Part shown: positions 1-12,100 of the stretch, one piece after another
Position numbering within the stretch: position 1 is the first letter of the stretch
How the letters are laid out: every line of letters begins with the position of its first letter
Source of the DNA: a virus
Taxonomy: Duplodnaviria; Caudoviricetes
Length of the DNA stretch: 64,000 bases
IMG/VR virus record: IMGVR_UViG_3300025392_000002
Strand: one strand, 5' to 3'
Translations under genes and position numbers: made by a program
The notes under the pieces: generated by a model
Told to the model about the DNA's origin: nothing
Databases searched by the model: none
Seen by the model: only the letters and a program-made list of their open reading frames with translations

Positions 1-300
1 ATTTGAATTTATTGTGGCACCATTTAGAGCTAGATTATATCTGTTAGTGGCTTCTGTGCCTAATGAAAACAGTGTATGGGTTCCGGTTAAGTTTGTTGGA
101 TAAAACCATGCTTCAACTGTGAAATCACCTGTAAAGATAAATGTGCCACGTGTACCTGTAGCTGGAGCACTTAGGTATTGATTTGATCCGTTAAAACTAG
201 CACTGACTCTCTGTGGCGGGCCTGTAAAATCGAACGGCAAGAAGCCGCCGCCGCCGGCAGGTACAAGTGTACCACGAGTTGCTGTTAATGCTCCAGCCAT
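1..300 (-). CDS. LamG/concanavalin-A-like lectin domain protein (3' end outside window)
   Basis: Not in the ORF track. ATG at 300-298 directly follows the stop of the 944-aa gene. Manual translation MAGALTATRGTLVPAGGGGFLPF...SASFNGSNQYLS...GDFTVEAWFYPT; FNGxxQYL and DFTVEAW are typical LamG-like motifs. Open to position 1. Confidence 0.75.
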   Translation of the reverse strand, partial: MAGALTATRGTLVPAGGGGFLPFDFTGPPQRVSASFNGSNQYLSAPATGTRGTFIFTGDFTVEAWFYPTNLTGTHTLFSLGTEATNRYNLALNGATINSN

Positions 301-301
301 A

Positions 302-3136
302 TTAGGTCACTCCTACACCGCTAATATACCAGGTAGTGTTTGTCACTTTTTGCAATGACGCCATACCATAAGTTGCTACAGTACGTGTACCAGTTTGACT
401 TGTAGCCTGGCCGCCCCATTGTAATACATCACTTCCACCGATGGCGATAGTTATACCTGCGCTGGCTATCACGTTGATAATAGTACCTACTGGGAAAGGC
501 GTAGTTCCGTTAGCTGGTATTGTTAAATTACCACCTGCATAAATTGTCTTACCAACATCGCCTATCACTAGTGTATATGTACTAGCTTGTGTATTAATTG
601 GGCTACCAATATAGCCTAAACTTGCGGCTGTACTTGTTGATGTAGCTGTTGCGGCTGTTGCTATTAGCGTACCAGCTACTGTTAACTGCATCTGTTGACT
701 TCCGTTAGTATAAAAACTTAATGGCAAGTATGTACCGGTACCGTTGATGCCTGATACAAGTTGTACATCAGTGCTACCGTTAGTAGCAATTAAGATCTTA
801 CTTGCGTTAGTTGGATTACTGTTGTTCAATGCTTGCCAGCTGGCCGCAGTACCAGTGCCATTTGGTACAGCATATATACCTGGGTTGGCATTAGCTGTCT
901 TAGTTGTGAATACTGTACGGTTTGCAAATGTAGCATTATCAAAATCACCAATAATTTGTGTACTAGCATTGTATGTTACATTACCGCTGAATGTTGTTGC
1001 GGCTAATGTTCCTGGAATGTCTGCGGCTACTAATAAACGGAATGCTGGATTACCGTTACCACCGCTGCCTGGAGCGGCATAAACATAATTTTGTGTTTGA
1101 CTTCCAAATGTTGTATTAATATCTGATGCCGCGGCAGCTGATATAACACCACTAGTACCTTTTAATAATCCTGCTAATGTACCAATAGTTACTGTACCGT
1201 TGCTTGCAATACTTAATGCTGTTGCCGGAGCACTTGCGCCAGCTTTGAATGTTATTGTACTTGCACTTACTGTATAAGGAACATATCCTGAAATAGTGTT
1301 ATTAAGAGCATCATTAGCAATACCATATGCATTATTGCCAGTACCAATTCCAAATACAGCACCAGTTGTTCCATTTGCAATCTTTAATGTATAATTTGTG
1401 CCGCCGGATGTATCTGTAATTGTCTGACCAGTTGTGCTTGGAGAAATATAATCAGTGCCACCGGTTGCGGCAGATATAGCTGTGCCATTACCTTTTAGTA
1501 GTCCAGTAATACTTGTTGAAATTGTAATAGCAGGAGTTGATGTGCTTGTTGCTACTGTTCCTGCAAATCCGTTTGCACTAACAACACTAGTTGATGTAAC
1601 TGTACCTGGAGTGAATCCTAAAGCTGTAGTAATATCTGTACTAGTTAAAGTAATAGCACCTTGTCGTGTATTAAATGATACGACATTATTACCGCTTGGA
1701 ATACGTACCCATTTGGCTCCGTCATATATTACCAAGTCACCTACAGACCATACTGTACTACCGTTGCCAATATCTCTTGTTGCGGCAACACTTACAATAT
1801 ATTCGTAGCCTGCTACACCAGTACCCGAACCCAATGTAGGAGTGTTTGTTGAAGCATCCCATGAGCCTTTAAATATCGTAGCACTAGTTAATGCGCCGCC
1901 AACACTAATAACTCCATTATTAATTACAATGGTGTTGTTATCAATTTTAACACCACCTAGTACACTAGTAGTAGCTGTAGGTAACGCATACGCGGCTGCT
2001 GGGGTAAATGTAAGTACAGTTCCAGTAATACTTAAACTACCGCTGCCGCTGGCCGCTTGTGTGTTTACAGTATAAGTTGGGATACTTGCTGGAGCAAATG
2101 TAAATGTTCCAGCATTATAAGTTAAACTGCCGCCGCCACTTGCTGTGGTAGTTGCTATAGTTATATTACTTGATTGAATTGGAGTAAATCCTAACGCAGT
2201 AGTAACATCACTGCTGGTCAATGTAACTGCTCCCTGACGTGTATTAAATGAAGTTACACCACTATTTCCAGAAATATCAATCCAGTTAGCACCATCATAA
2301 ATTATAAAATCTCCAACATTATAAGTTTGAGATCCGCCACCTAAATTTCTTGTTCCTGCTACACTAACTGCATATTGCCAGCCAGTTGTTCCAGTTCCGC
2401 TAGCTAATGTAGGAGTGTTAGTTGCGGCGTTCCAAGTACCTTTGAATACAACCGAGCCAGTTACACTTGTACTAATTACTCCGTTACTAATTATAATACT
2501 AGTTCCATCAACTTTAACACCACCTAATGCACTTGTTGTTGCTATTGGTAATGTATAAGTGCTTGCTCCGCTGATAACACCGTTATTAATTGTAATACTA
2601 GTACCATCGACCTTAACACCACCTAGTACACTTGTAGTTGCTGTGGGCAATGTGTATGCACTTGCGGCACTAATAATACCGTTGTTAATTGTGATTGTTG
2701 TACCATCTGGTTTAACACCACCAACCATGCTAGTAGTAGCTGTACCTAAATAAGCTGTTGTCTGTATTGAAGTATCTGGAAATACTAATCCGCCACTTGT
2801 ATTGAAAATAAGAGTGTATGCACCGTTAACTAATGTTTGAGCCGCAGGAACTGGCCCTAAAATTTTACTAGGAGATATTCCAGTAATCCATGCTGGATCA
2901 TTGTAGCTACCAGTAGTTACAACTCCGTTAGTAGCTGTAACAGTTCCCCAATATAACAACGATCCGTCAGTATATAATGCTTTGCCAGCATTATTATTCC
3001 TACTAGGTAAAATAGTTGTTGCTAAAGTTGTATATAGTTCTGCAAAATTTGCATTTATTTTTTGTCCGCCAGTACGCAAGGTGTCCCCAGTTTTATCACC
3101 CGGGGCCGCTCCTATGTTTAAAATTTGTTGCGTCAT
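302..3136 (-). CDS. Tail fibre/baseplate-attached fibre protein (944 aa)
   Basis: N-terminus IGAAPGDKTGDTLRTGGQKINANFAELY resembles the T4 gp9/gp10 N-terminal motif; Thr/Gly-rich with internal repeats. Confidence 0.75.
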   Translation of the reverse strand: MTQQILNIGAAPGDKTGDTLRTGGQKINANFAELYTTLATTILPSRNNNAGKALYTDGSLLYWGTVTATNGVVTTGSYNDPAWITGISPSKILGPVPAAQTLVNGAYTLIFNTSGGLVFPDTSIQTTAYLGTATTSMVGGVKPDGTTITINNGIISAASAYTLPTATTSVLGGVKVDGTSITINNGVISGASTYTLPIATTSALGGVKVDGTSIIISNGVISTSVTGSVVFKGTWNAATNTPTLASGTGTTGWQYAVSVAGTRNLGGGSQTYNVGDFIIYDGANWIDISGNSGVTSFNTRQGAVTLTSSDVTTALGFTPIQSSNITIATTTASGGGSLTYNAGTFTFAPASIPTYTVNTQAASGSGSLSITGTVLTFTPAAAYALPTATTSVLGGVKIDNNTIVINNGVISVGGALTSATIFKGSWDASTNTPTLGSGTGVAGYEYIVSVAATRDIGNGSTVWSVGDLVIYDGAKWVRIPSGNNVVSFNTRQGAITLTSTDITTALGFTPGTVTSTSVVSANGFAGTVATSTSTPAITISTSITGLLKGNGTAISAATGGTDYISPSTTGQTITDTSGGTNYTLKIANGTTGAVFGIGTGNNAYGIANDALNNTISGYVPYTVSASTITFKAGASAPATALSIASNGTVTIGTLAGLLKGTSGVISAAAASDINTTFGSQTQNYVYAAPGSGGNGNPAFRLLVAADIPGTLAATTFSGNVTYNASTQIIGDFDNATFANRTVFTTKTANANPGIYAVPNGTGTAASWQALNNSNPTNASKILIATNGSTDVQLVSGINGTGTYLPLSFYTNGSQQMQLTVAGTLIATAATATSTSTAASLGYIGSPINTQASTYTLVIGDVGKTIYAGGNLTIPANGTTPFPVGTIINVIASAGITIAIGGSDVLQWGGQATSQTGTRTVATYGMASLQKVTNTTWYISGVGVT
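1610..2745 (-). repeat. Intragenic protein repeats in the fibre gene
   Basis: Four copies of YxLPxATTSxLGGVKxDGTxIxIxNGVIS and two copies of a ~90-aa unit (FKGxWxAxTNTPTL...VxSFNTRQGAxTLTSxDxTTALGFTP). Boundaries approximate. Confidence 0.8.
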
Positions 3137-3137
3137 C

Positions 3138-6100
3138 TTAAGTTCCTTGATCGAATGTTAAATCGGTATTGTCTAATGTGTCACCGGCACTATCAAATAG
3201 TCCGTCTGCTATAGTACTTATTGTTTTATACTCTTTATACCAGATGCCTGGAGTTGCACGTAGGAATTCGCTGACCTTTCCTGAATCGTACAACACATTT
3301 GTAGTCTGGTCCCAACTTTGTCCAGTAGTTTTAATCACTGTAATTTGTGTGCCAAATGTTATTGCGTTAGTTAATGTTATTGCCGCAGTTGCGCCGTCAA
3401 CTGTAAAGTCTGCTGTAAATGGTACATCACCTTCTGGACTATACGGTGCTTGGTTAATATTAAATGCACTATAAGCAGTTTTCTTTAGGCGAATATTTCC
3501 AATAAAGAATTTCCATACTTTACTGCTGGCAATTCCAGTAGTTAATACAGTATTAGTTCCATCAGCATTAATTGTCACAGTACTAACTGTGTCGTAGAAT
3601 GTTGCACCGCTGATATGACTTGTTAAACATCTGTAAGTATAAACTCCAACATTAACAATCATGCCCGCAGGATAAGTTGCACCGCTTTCCCAGATAGTTC
3701 CGTCATTATAGCCGCCTACGAACACTTCAATTTCATTTACACTCTTTGGAGTAAAATCTAAAGGTACAATTAAACTACCATCGCTGATGATTTGTTTAAC
3801 CACTTGTGTATCTGTATAAGGTAATGTTTCGCTAGTACCAATATCCTGTACAGTTGTTCCTTGTAAGTTTATTGTTTGAACACCAGTGCCCAGTGTGCCT
3901 CTGCGTAATTTACTTAATGTGTTTCCATCTTTAGCAAAATACTCAATACGCTCTCCACGGATTTCAACCACACCCGGACGGTTGTTTGCCGGATTAGGCA
4001 AATCAAATGTAGATGCATTATCTAGTAGAATCTGTGTATCATTCCAATGTAAATCTCTTGCTAACATAGCTTGTTTATTTGCACTTAGGCGTTTATAGCT
4101 TACACGGTTTAGCATATCCTTAAATTGCATATAAGCAATACCTGCACGTAATATATTGCTACCGAATGTAATCAATGTTACTTTGTCAGTCTGTATCAAG
4201 TTAGCACCAAGTGTGATACTTTGATGGTCATCGTTAAGTTTGTAGTCAACACTAGGTGTTAATAACATAGTGTTCTTGATTACCCAAATATAATTGTCGT
4301 TAACAACTGGTCTGTCTAGTTTTAATAAGCCGCCAGACATATTCTGATAATAATAGTAATCAGAAGTATCTGCAATTAAGGTTGCACTGGTGCTAACACT
4401 GATTGTAGTTCTTTCAATATCTAAAATATCATGCTTGTAACTACTAATAACTTGTACTAGATGTGTGTTGTCGTAGGCAGTTTTAAATGTAATTTGATTT
4501 GTAGCTGGATTATACAAGTAGCTTTGATCGGTTATTACACTGATGATCAACTGTTGTCCTGTATAATTTTTATAAATGGTTTTATTGATCTTAATTGTAA
4601 TTCCGCCAAGATCTACAAGATAATCAGTACCCTGAGTCAATAATGTATTTCCAACTATTACATGAATGTCAGTTGCTGGTATTGAATATGGAACAAATTT
4701 AGTTTTATCAATTGAATAATTTAATCTGTTGCTACCAATTGTAAAATATGTATTACTTGGTGCTTGTAAAATATTCTGATCTACACGCACAATCATGTTA
4801 GACTCATTAGGCAATGCATTGCCTATTGTGTTTTGTAGTGTATAAGTTGTTGCGCCAGTAGTTGCAATAGTTTCTACTTTAGTAATAGAGTATGCTTGAT
4901 CGCTGCCATTAACAATGATAAAGTTAATTACCTGTCCCTTAGCTGGTGGTAATGCAAATCTAAATGCTATTGCATTTGATAATTCATAACTTGCATCAGT
5001 TTTAAATATAGCAGGGTTAGCTACTACACCATCAACATATACTAGACTGTTAATTGGAGTTACCCAAGAAGCATTTGTAACAAACTCAGTTGTTGTACCG
5101 TCTGCAACAAAATAATCAATATCCAATATATTAGCGCCATTAAATCCAATACTGAATAAGGTAACAGTTGTGCTAGCGGCAGGTGCTGTTGTAAACACTA
5201 CTTGATTATTTGGATAGTCTACAACATAGTCGTTAGTTACAGTTGTTGTAGACATTGTTTTAATTAAATTATCAACTTTAACAATAACTGCACCTGGACT
5301 GTTTGGTGTTTGTGTCAACTTAAATGTCTTGGTAGTTCCATCTGCTAGATAATTGTCTACCTTTATCTGTCCAGATCCAGTATTTGGTTTATCAAATACC
5401 TTAATAGCTACTGTATCTACTACTTGTCCTGGAACAACTTCTTCTGGTGCTGGACTTGTTGTAGGAGTAACTAAATCGTCGCCGTCAACAATGATGTCAT
5501 CTGCGGCAATACCTGTGGCAGTTGCATACGCACCGCTTAGTGTGCTAGTGTCGCCGCCGCTTAAACTTGTATCGTAGTCTGTATCTTTAGGTTTGATACT
5601 GCCATCGCTAGTAGTTTCCCTAATGATAAACTCATCTCCAGTTAACACTGTAAATGCCTTAGCAGTTGCTGAGTTACCATCTACTACAACATCGGTTAAA
5701 CCGCCAAATACTGTACCGGCTGTGCCGCCATCGTCTATACTAGCATCGATAATATCTGTACTCAATCCGCCATCGACAACATTATACGGACTAGGTAAAG
5801 TAAACGTATCTGTTGAGCCATCTGCTAAGAATGTATTAACAACTGCATTTGGATTAACCAAAGGTGTCAGTGAAGTCTTGGCCGCTAGTATAGCAGTTGC
5901 ACTAGCATTTAGTGTAGCGGTTGGCTGTGTTACTATCGGCTGTGGACTTGCCGCACTAGTTACAACACTCAACAATGTAGTAATGTTATTGCTGATAATT
6001 GTAGTAGCTAGATTACCGTTTGTCCACGCATTATTTTTATACTGGAACACTGCTGTTTGTAATCTAGTTACAGTTGTGTTAGTTATAATTGACTGCGAAA

Positions 6101-9100
6101 GCGAATTTAACTTAGCAAATAATCCAGTCCAGAATGTAAGTGGTTGTAAGAAACCTGTATTATTAATATAATACCAGTAGTCTATACCTTGATAAATTGT
6201 TTCTCTATTTCCACCTTTAAATAAGTCATAGGTCAGACCTTCAACAATATGTTGAATTCTTGTTTGAAAATCAGTGTGATCAAACACAACGCTTGGATAG
6301 TTTGCAGTTATCCATGCAATCAGTTCTGCTTGTAAGAAAGGAATATTGTCATCTAATAACCAACCTGCTTGCCCACCGCTTGGATCTTGCGGCGCAGATG
6401 CTGATAATGCCAACCATATTGGAACAATTTGACCTGATACAATATTCTGTATTGTATTTGTCACTAGTGTATATCCAGTAGCAAATGTAGGATTTGTTAG
6501 GGCAGATATCACTGCTGGAAGTTTTGCTATATTAGAAATAATATTATTAATACTTAAATTAATTTCTTGAGACCTGTAACCGTAAGTAGTAACAAGATTT
6601 CTTAAAGTTAATCCAACTCTAATAGTTTGGAACTGTTGTAGATCGTATGCAAGATCGTATGCCAGTGCTTCAATTATTTGTCCAATGTATAACGCAATAT
6701 CATAATTAGGATCATCTAGTCTAATTGGATTCAATCCTCCAATAATACTAATTGTGGTACCGGCTATAATCTTACTGTTGGATAAATTAGTTAAACTAAT
6801 ATGTCCGTCAGAATGTATAATGACATCTGTTGGTTGCACTAGATCTCTTTCAAATGTTACATAGATACCGTTAGGAATACTTCTATACAAAATAGAACTT
6901 ACTTGAACTTTAGTACTATCAATAATAGCTGTAACTACAGTGCTATAACTAAATGCATTTACATCAATACAAGATACCTTGTCGCCAATTTTAATTCCAG
7001 CTGTACTTGTTATAGTTACAGTTGAGCTGCCTTTAATATTTTGTGAAAATACTAAAGACCCGCTAGGCAATGAATCTGGTGCGGCACTTAATCTTAAAGT
7101 GACTGCATCAACTACACTGAATACTGTTTGTCCAGATGCAAATCCAGTGCCAAGTACTTGCATTCCAGCAACAATATTTGCTGTACTATCCAATGTCAAT
7201 ATATTTCCGTACACACCCGATACTTGATTAATATTAACAAAGTTGTGTGTAATACCACTAGTTGCCAATACTACCGATGCAGTAACATAAGGATTAATAT
7301 CGTGTATATTGTATGTGTAGCTAGTAGTTACACCGTCACTTACATAGGATTCAGTATTAATAGCTCGCTTGTAAATGTTTAGTTGTGTATTATTTGTAGG
7401 AACGTAGGGCAATGTGAATGAGTTTGTACCAGCAGTTACTACAGTAATATAATCTTTAAATGTTTCATCATAGCTATCCCATTTATCTGCAAAGTATGGT
7501 AAACTATCCCAACCATTAGATATTTGGAAACCAAGGCCGTTAATAATCACGCCGCCGTAGTCGATACCTGTCATTAGCTGTGCAAGATCTTTGCCTAGCT
7601 GTCCAGATTCAGGATTATAATAATATTGTATTCTATCAGCAAATCCTAAGAAACTTTCGTCTATAATATAAGTTACAACAATAGTAGAATTTTTTGCAGG
7701 AGCAGTTGTAAATGTTATAGTACCAGAATAACTTGTAAATCCTTTACTAGTATTAGAAACAATGTTTAATGTATAGTTATCACGTAGTGCTGGTACATTA
7801 TTGACTGTTACAACACTCTGTCCAATGCGATTATCTGGAGCCCATGTTAATGGCCATTGAACACGAGATCCTGTGCCGGTAAATGTTTCAACTTTTTGTA
7901 GTTGAGTAATATAATATTTACGATCAATCCTATCAAATTTTATACCAATTTTGCTAGAACGTACAACACTATTACCAATAATAGCAACAGCATTTGCTTG
8001 TACACCGTCGACTCCTAATCCACCATTTAATATAATTTTTGGTGCGGCATAATATCCAGCACCAGAAGTTATTAATACAACTCTGTTAACTGAACCGTTA
8101 CTAATGTATGCTTTAGCAGTTGCTCCTGCACCACTGTCGCTAATAAACACAACGTCTGGAGCAGTTACATATCCTGAACCGTTAGTAGTTAATACAATTT
8201 CAGTAACTTCGTAACCAGCATTATCTAACCAGAACTTCCAAGGATATGTATTGATAGCAGGATCGCCTGCTACAATTACCCCGTTTGTTACAAATGCTTG
8301 TACAAGTGTTACTGCATCTTTTTCAAATATTGGTTGTAAATCAAAGTCAGTAATTGGTAACTGTGCTGTATCTAAACTTTCATAGTTGCTTACATATTCT
8401 CTAACTTTAGTCTTATAAGGTTTGACTTCAGCAATATAATCCTCAAAGTTGCTTAAATTATTAGGTTGATAAGTTACTGGCTGATCTAATGCGCCAACAT
8501 TATGTTGTGCTTTTACAAAACTAGTTTTAAATATCCAATCAACATACGGTTGTTCACTATGTACATATCTTACAGTAGCAAAGAATAAATTTGACCATGC
8601 ACCATTTAAATCATTAATAAAAATATTATGTTTTAATGTGTCAAGGATAATTCTTAATTCAGTAACTGCTACTGCATCAAATCCAGACTCGTCGTAAATA
8701 AAATTATCAAAACCTAATGTTGTATTGGCCACTTGATATAAATTAGAATTTAATTGTATAGTACCGTTTTGCATACCAACAACATTATAACTCTGTGTCC
8801 AGTCTACACTTACAACATCTGCGTATTTTTCTAATAATAGCCAACCGCCGGCATTGGCAGTTCTAACCTTAACTACTTCTCCTACCTTGGGAGAGATAGA
8901 ATTTAATTCTACAAATGTAGCTACAGAAAAATCTGCCGCAGTAAACTGGTTAAATCCAGTTGCATACCAATCAGCATAACTCCAGAAGTTTCTAACATCG
9001 TATGCTTGAGTTAATGTTCTGTTCCAAGTTTTTTGTATTGGATCGTATGTATAGATACTCCAATTGCCGTTAGCCTGACTATCACTCTTTACTAACGCAC

Positions 9101-12100
9101 TGTAATCACGAATCGATAGTGTAGTAGAGTCAGTATATCCAGCACCGCCAGAAATAATGGTTACTCCAGTAATTTGACCTTTAGCATTGATTGTTGCACG
9201 AAGATTTGCACCTGATCCTGTGCCATTGACCATGATATAAGGAGCAATTACATATCCCTTACCAGCAGTAGCTATATTAATTCCTACAATTTTACCATCA
9301 GTTATTACAGGACTAATGCTAGCTCTTGTGAAACTACCAATGTTAGCATAAGATAATTCGGCATCGGTGTCAAATATAGTATCGTATAGTCCAGATAATG
9401 TACTAGGTTGCGGATCATAACTTTCTAATTTAAGAATGTTATCATTTTCTACAACTTGATTTACTAATAATACCTGATTGGCTAATTCTATAAATTGTTT
9501 TAATGCTTCAAATCGATTTATGAACATACCCTGACGTGGACGATTTTCAACACCGTAACGTAGTTTAATAGGTAATTGTGGATCTGGTACCAAACGTCCT
9601 GCAGAATCTCTTCCGCATAAACTATCAATCCATTTTTGTTCAATGATTGGAGGAATATATGTGTTAGGATCAGTACTAACAATTTTCCACTGACTATGTA
9701 CATTTTGGTCAGTTTTCTTACCTAACCAATATTCTACACTTAATACAACGTCTGTAGATTTTAAATATTGTTTAGCATTAACAAGACTGAATGTGTTTAA
9801 TCCAGTTAATGCAAGATATGTATATCCATATCCGCGTGGGTTACCAATAAGATTTGCAACATCCTGTGCGGCCAAATGTCTACCTGCAATATTTGGAATA
9901 AACTTTTTATTTTTAACCCAATAGTAATATGTAGTTGTAAATGTCTGTGTTGTACTATTATAAGTTTGTTTTGTACTATACACAGAATCGCTATATAGGC
10001 TTTGTCCACTGATGCCTAATGCTATTCCAGCAGGTGTATCTGCTTGAGCATCCCAGTCACTAGGTTTTAATCTTGAACCAACCCATTCATATATATCAAT
10101 ACTTGCACCCGGTGCAAGTGTAGTCCAGTTGGTATTTCTATAGACAATATCGTCTTCGTAGGCATTTAGAAATTTAGCTGTTCTTAAATCCCACCATAAC
10201 ATACCTACTTGATCGGTAGTCCATGCAGATGTAGGACTAATATTTACGCCATCAATTCCAATAGAATAAGATGCAGGATCGTAGAATGATTTATATTTTA
10301 ATTCTTCTTCGGCGGCGCCAGCAATTTTTCCTTGAGCAGGATCAATTACATCAATATATGTTACAAGCTCGCCGGTCACTCTATCATATAAGAATGCTTT
10401 TTTAATCTTACTAACATCAGGTTTTTCAATTTCTTGATGTGCAACTTCCCATGTAAATTTATTTGGTTTCTTACCGTAGTCGTATACTAGACCAGATTGT
10501 AAACCTTGATCTAATCCTGCTGGAGCACTAACTAATATATGGTTAGATCCAACTGCAAATCCAGTTCCGTAACCATCTAAGACTAAAGACTCTGAGGTTA
10601 TAATTGCCGCAGTACCAGTTCCTGAACCGTCACTGGTTGCTGTGAATTGAACACCTACTGCATTTTTTGCGGCTCCAACCTTTGTAAAATCAGTTGTACC
10701 AAGTGATAGGATTGCGTAAGTATCGCCTGCTACAAAACTGCCAGCAGTAACTACTGGGTTCACTTTTGTCAATGACTCGCTGAATACCCACTTGTTAGCA
10801 TAACGATCAAACACATCAACACGTCCACTATTAATTTCTGTAACAGTAAATGCTGTAGTATTTTTATCAAATGTAGTTGTAGTTTTATCAAAGGTTGTTG
10901 TAATACTAGTATCGCCATACTGACTATAAACAACTAGTGTTTTATAATCATTCATAAACGAAACATTTACACCAAATAATCCATTTTGCTCTGGTAGATG
11001 ATTTACTATATTACCAGTGTTAATATAAAGTCCAGTAGAATCTATACTATAAATTCCAACACGACCTTGGTTTGTAATTGCAGGTGTGAATCCAGAGTAT
11101 ACTGGATCGGATATTGCAATGTAAGTTGCATCATCGCTGATAGAGACACTTTGTCCAAATAATGAAACACCTGCTTGAGATATAGTTTGGAACAATACAT
11201 CGTTTTTATAGATAGCAACTGACGATCCGGTTGTTGGATCATTCCAAGAGCTAATAGCAAGTGTTGTTTTGTCATTACTAATAGCTAACGTGTTACCAAA
11301 TTTTTGTCCAGGAGTAGTACCAGTACGAGTACCGGTTAAATCATACCCCCAACCAATAACTGCAAATTTAATAATACCATCAGGTGTAGAATTAGGACTA
11401 CCGCTGAGTAATACTGTTGTTGAATCAACAACACTAATTACTGTTTGATCGCCTGTAAAACCAGTTCCTAGCACATACATACCAGCACGGACGCCAGCTG
11501 TAGATGTTACACGTAATGTTGATTCGGCACTACCAACTGGATTATATGCAGACTGTGCTTGCACTACAGTTGAATATTTTAACTTATACACACGGCCGTA
11601 AGGCTGAACTGCTGGAGGATTATTATTAGGGCCTGCAGGAACAAAACCATAACCTGGAGCAGAAACATATAATGTGTCATTACTAAATGCAAATGTAGAT
11701 CCAAAATTTTCATTTGCCGCAGGGTAAGGACTTACTATGGTGTCTACTAGATTAAAGATATTGTTGGCATCTTTCTTATATAAACTAATTACACCTTGAC
11801 CAGCTGGGCCGGCTTGTGTTGATTGCAAAGTCCACTGGCCGTTTCCAGAATCTGGAGACAACTGTCCTTGTTGTGTACCTGTCATTAATCCAGATGCATA
11901 GGTTAGTGTTACCGGAATTGTTCCGCCTTGAGCCGCAGTTAATCTAAAATGTTTAGAATCGAGAACATCTAATATATAATAAGTTACTCCGGCAGTAACC
12001 CCACCATATACATTACCTGAAAAGACAATTTGATATCCTGGTGCTAATACACTAGTATCTGCGGTAACTAGCTGATTACCGGCGATTGTACTGGTGACTG

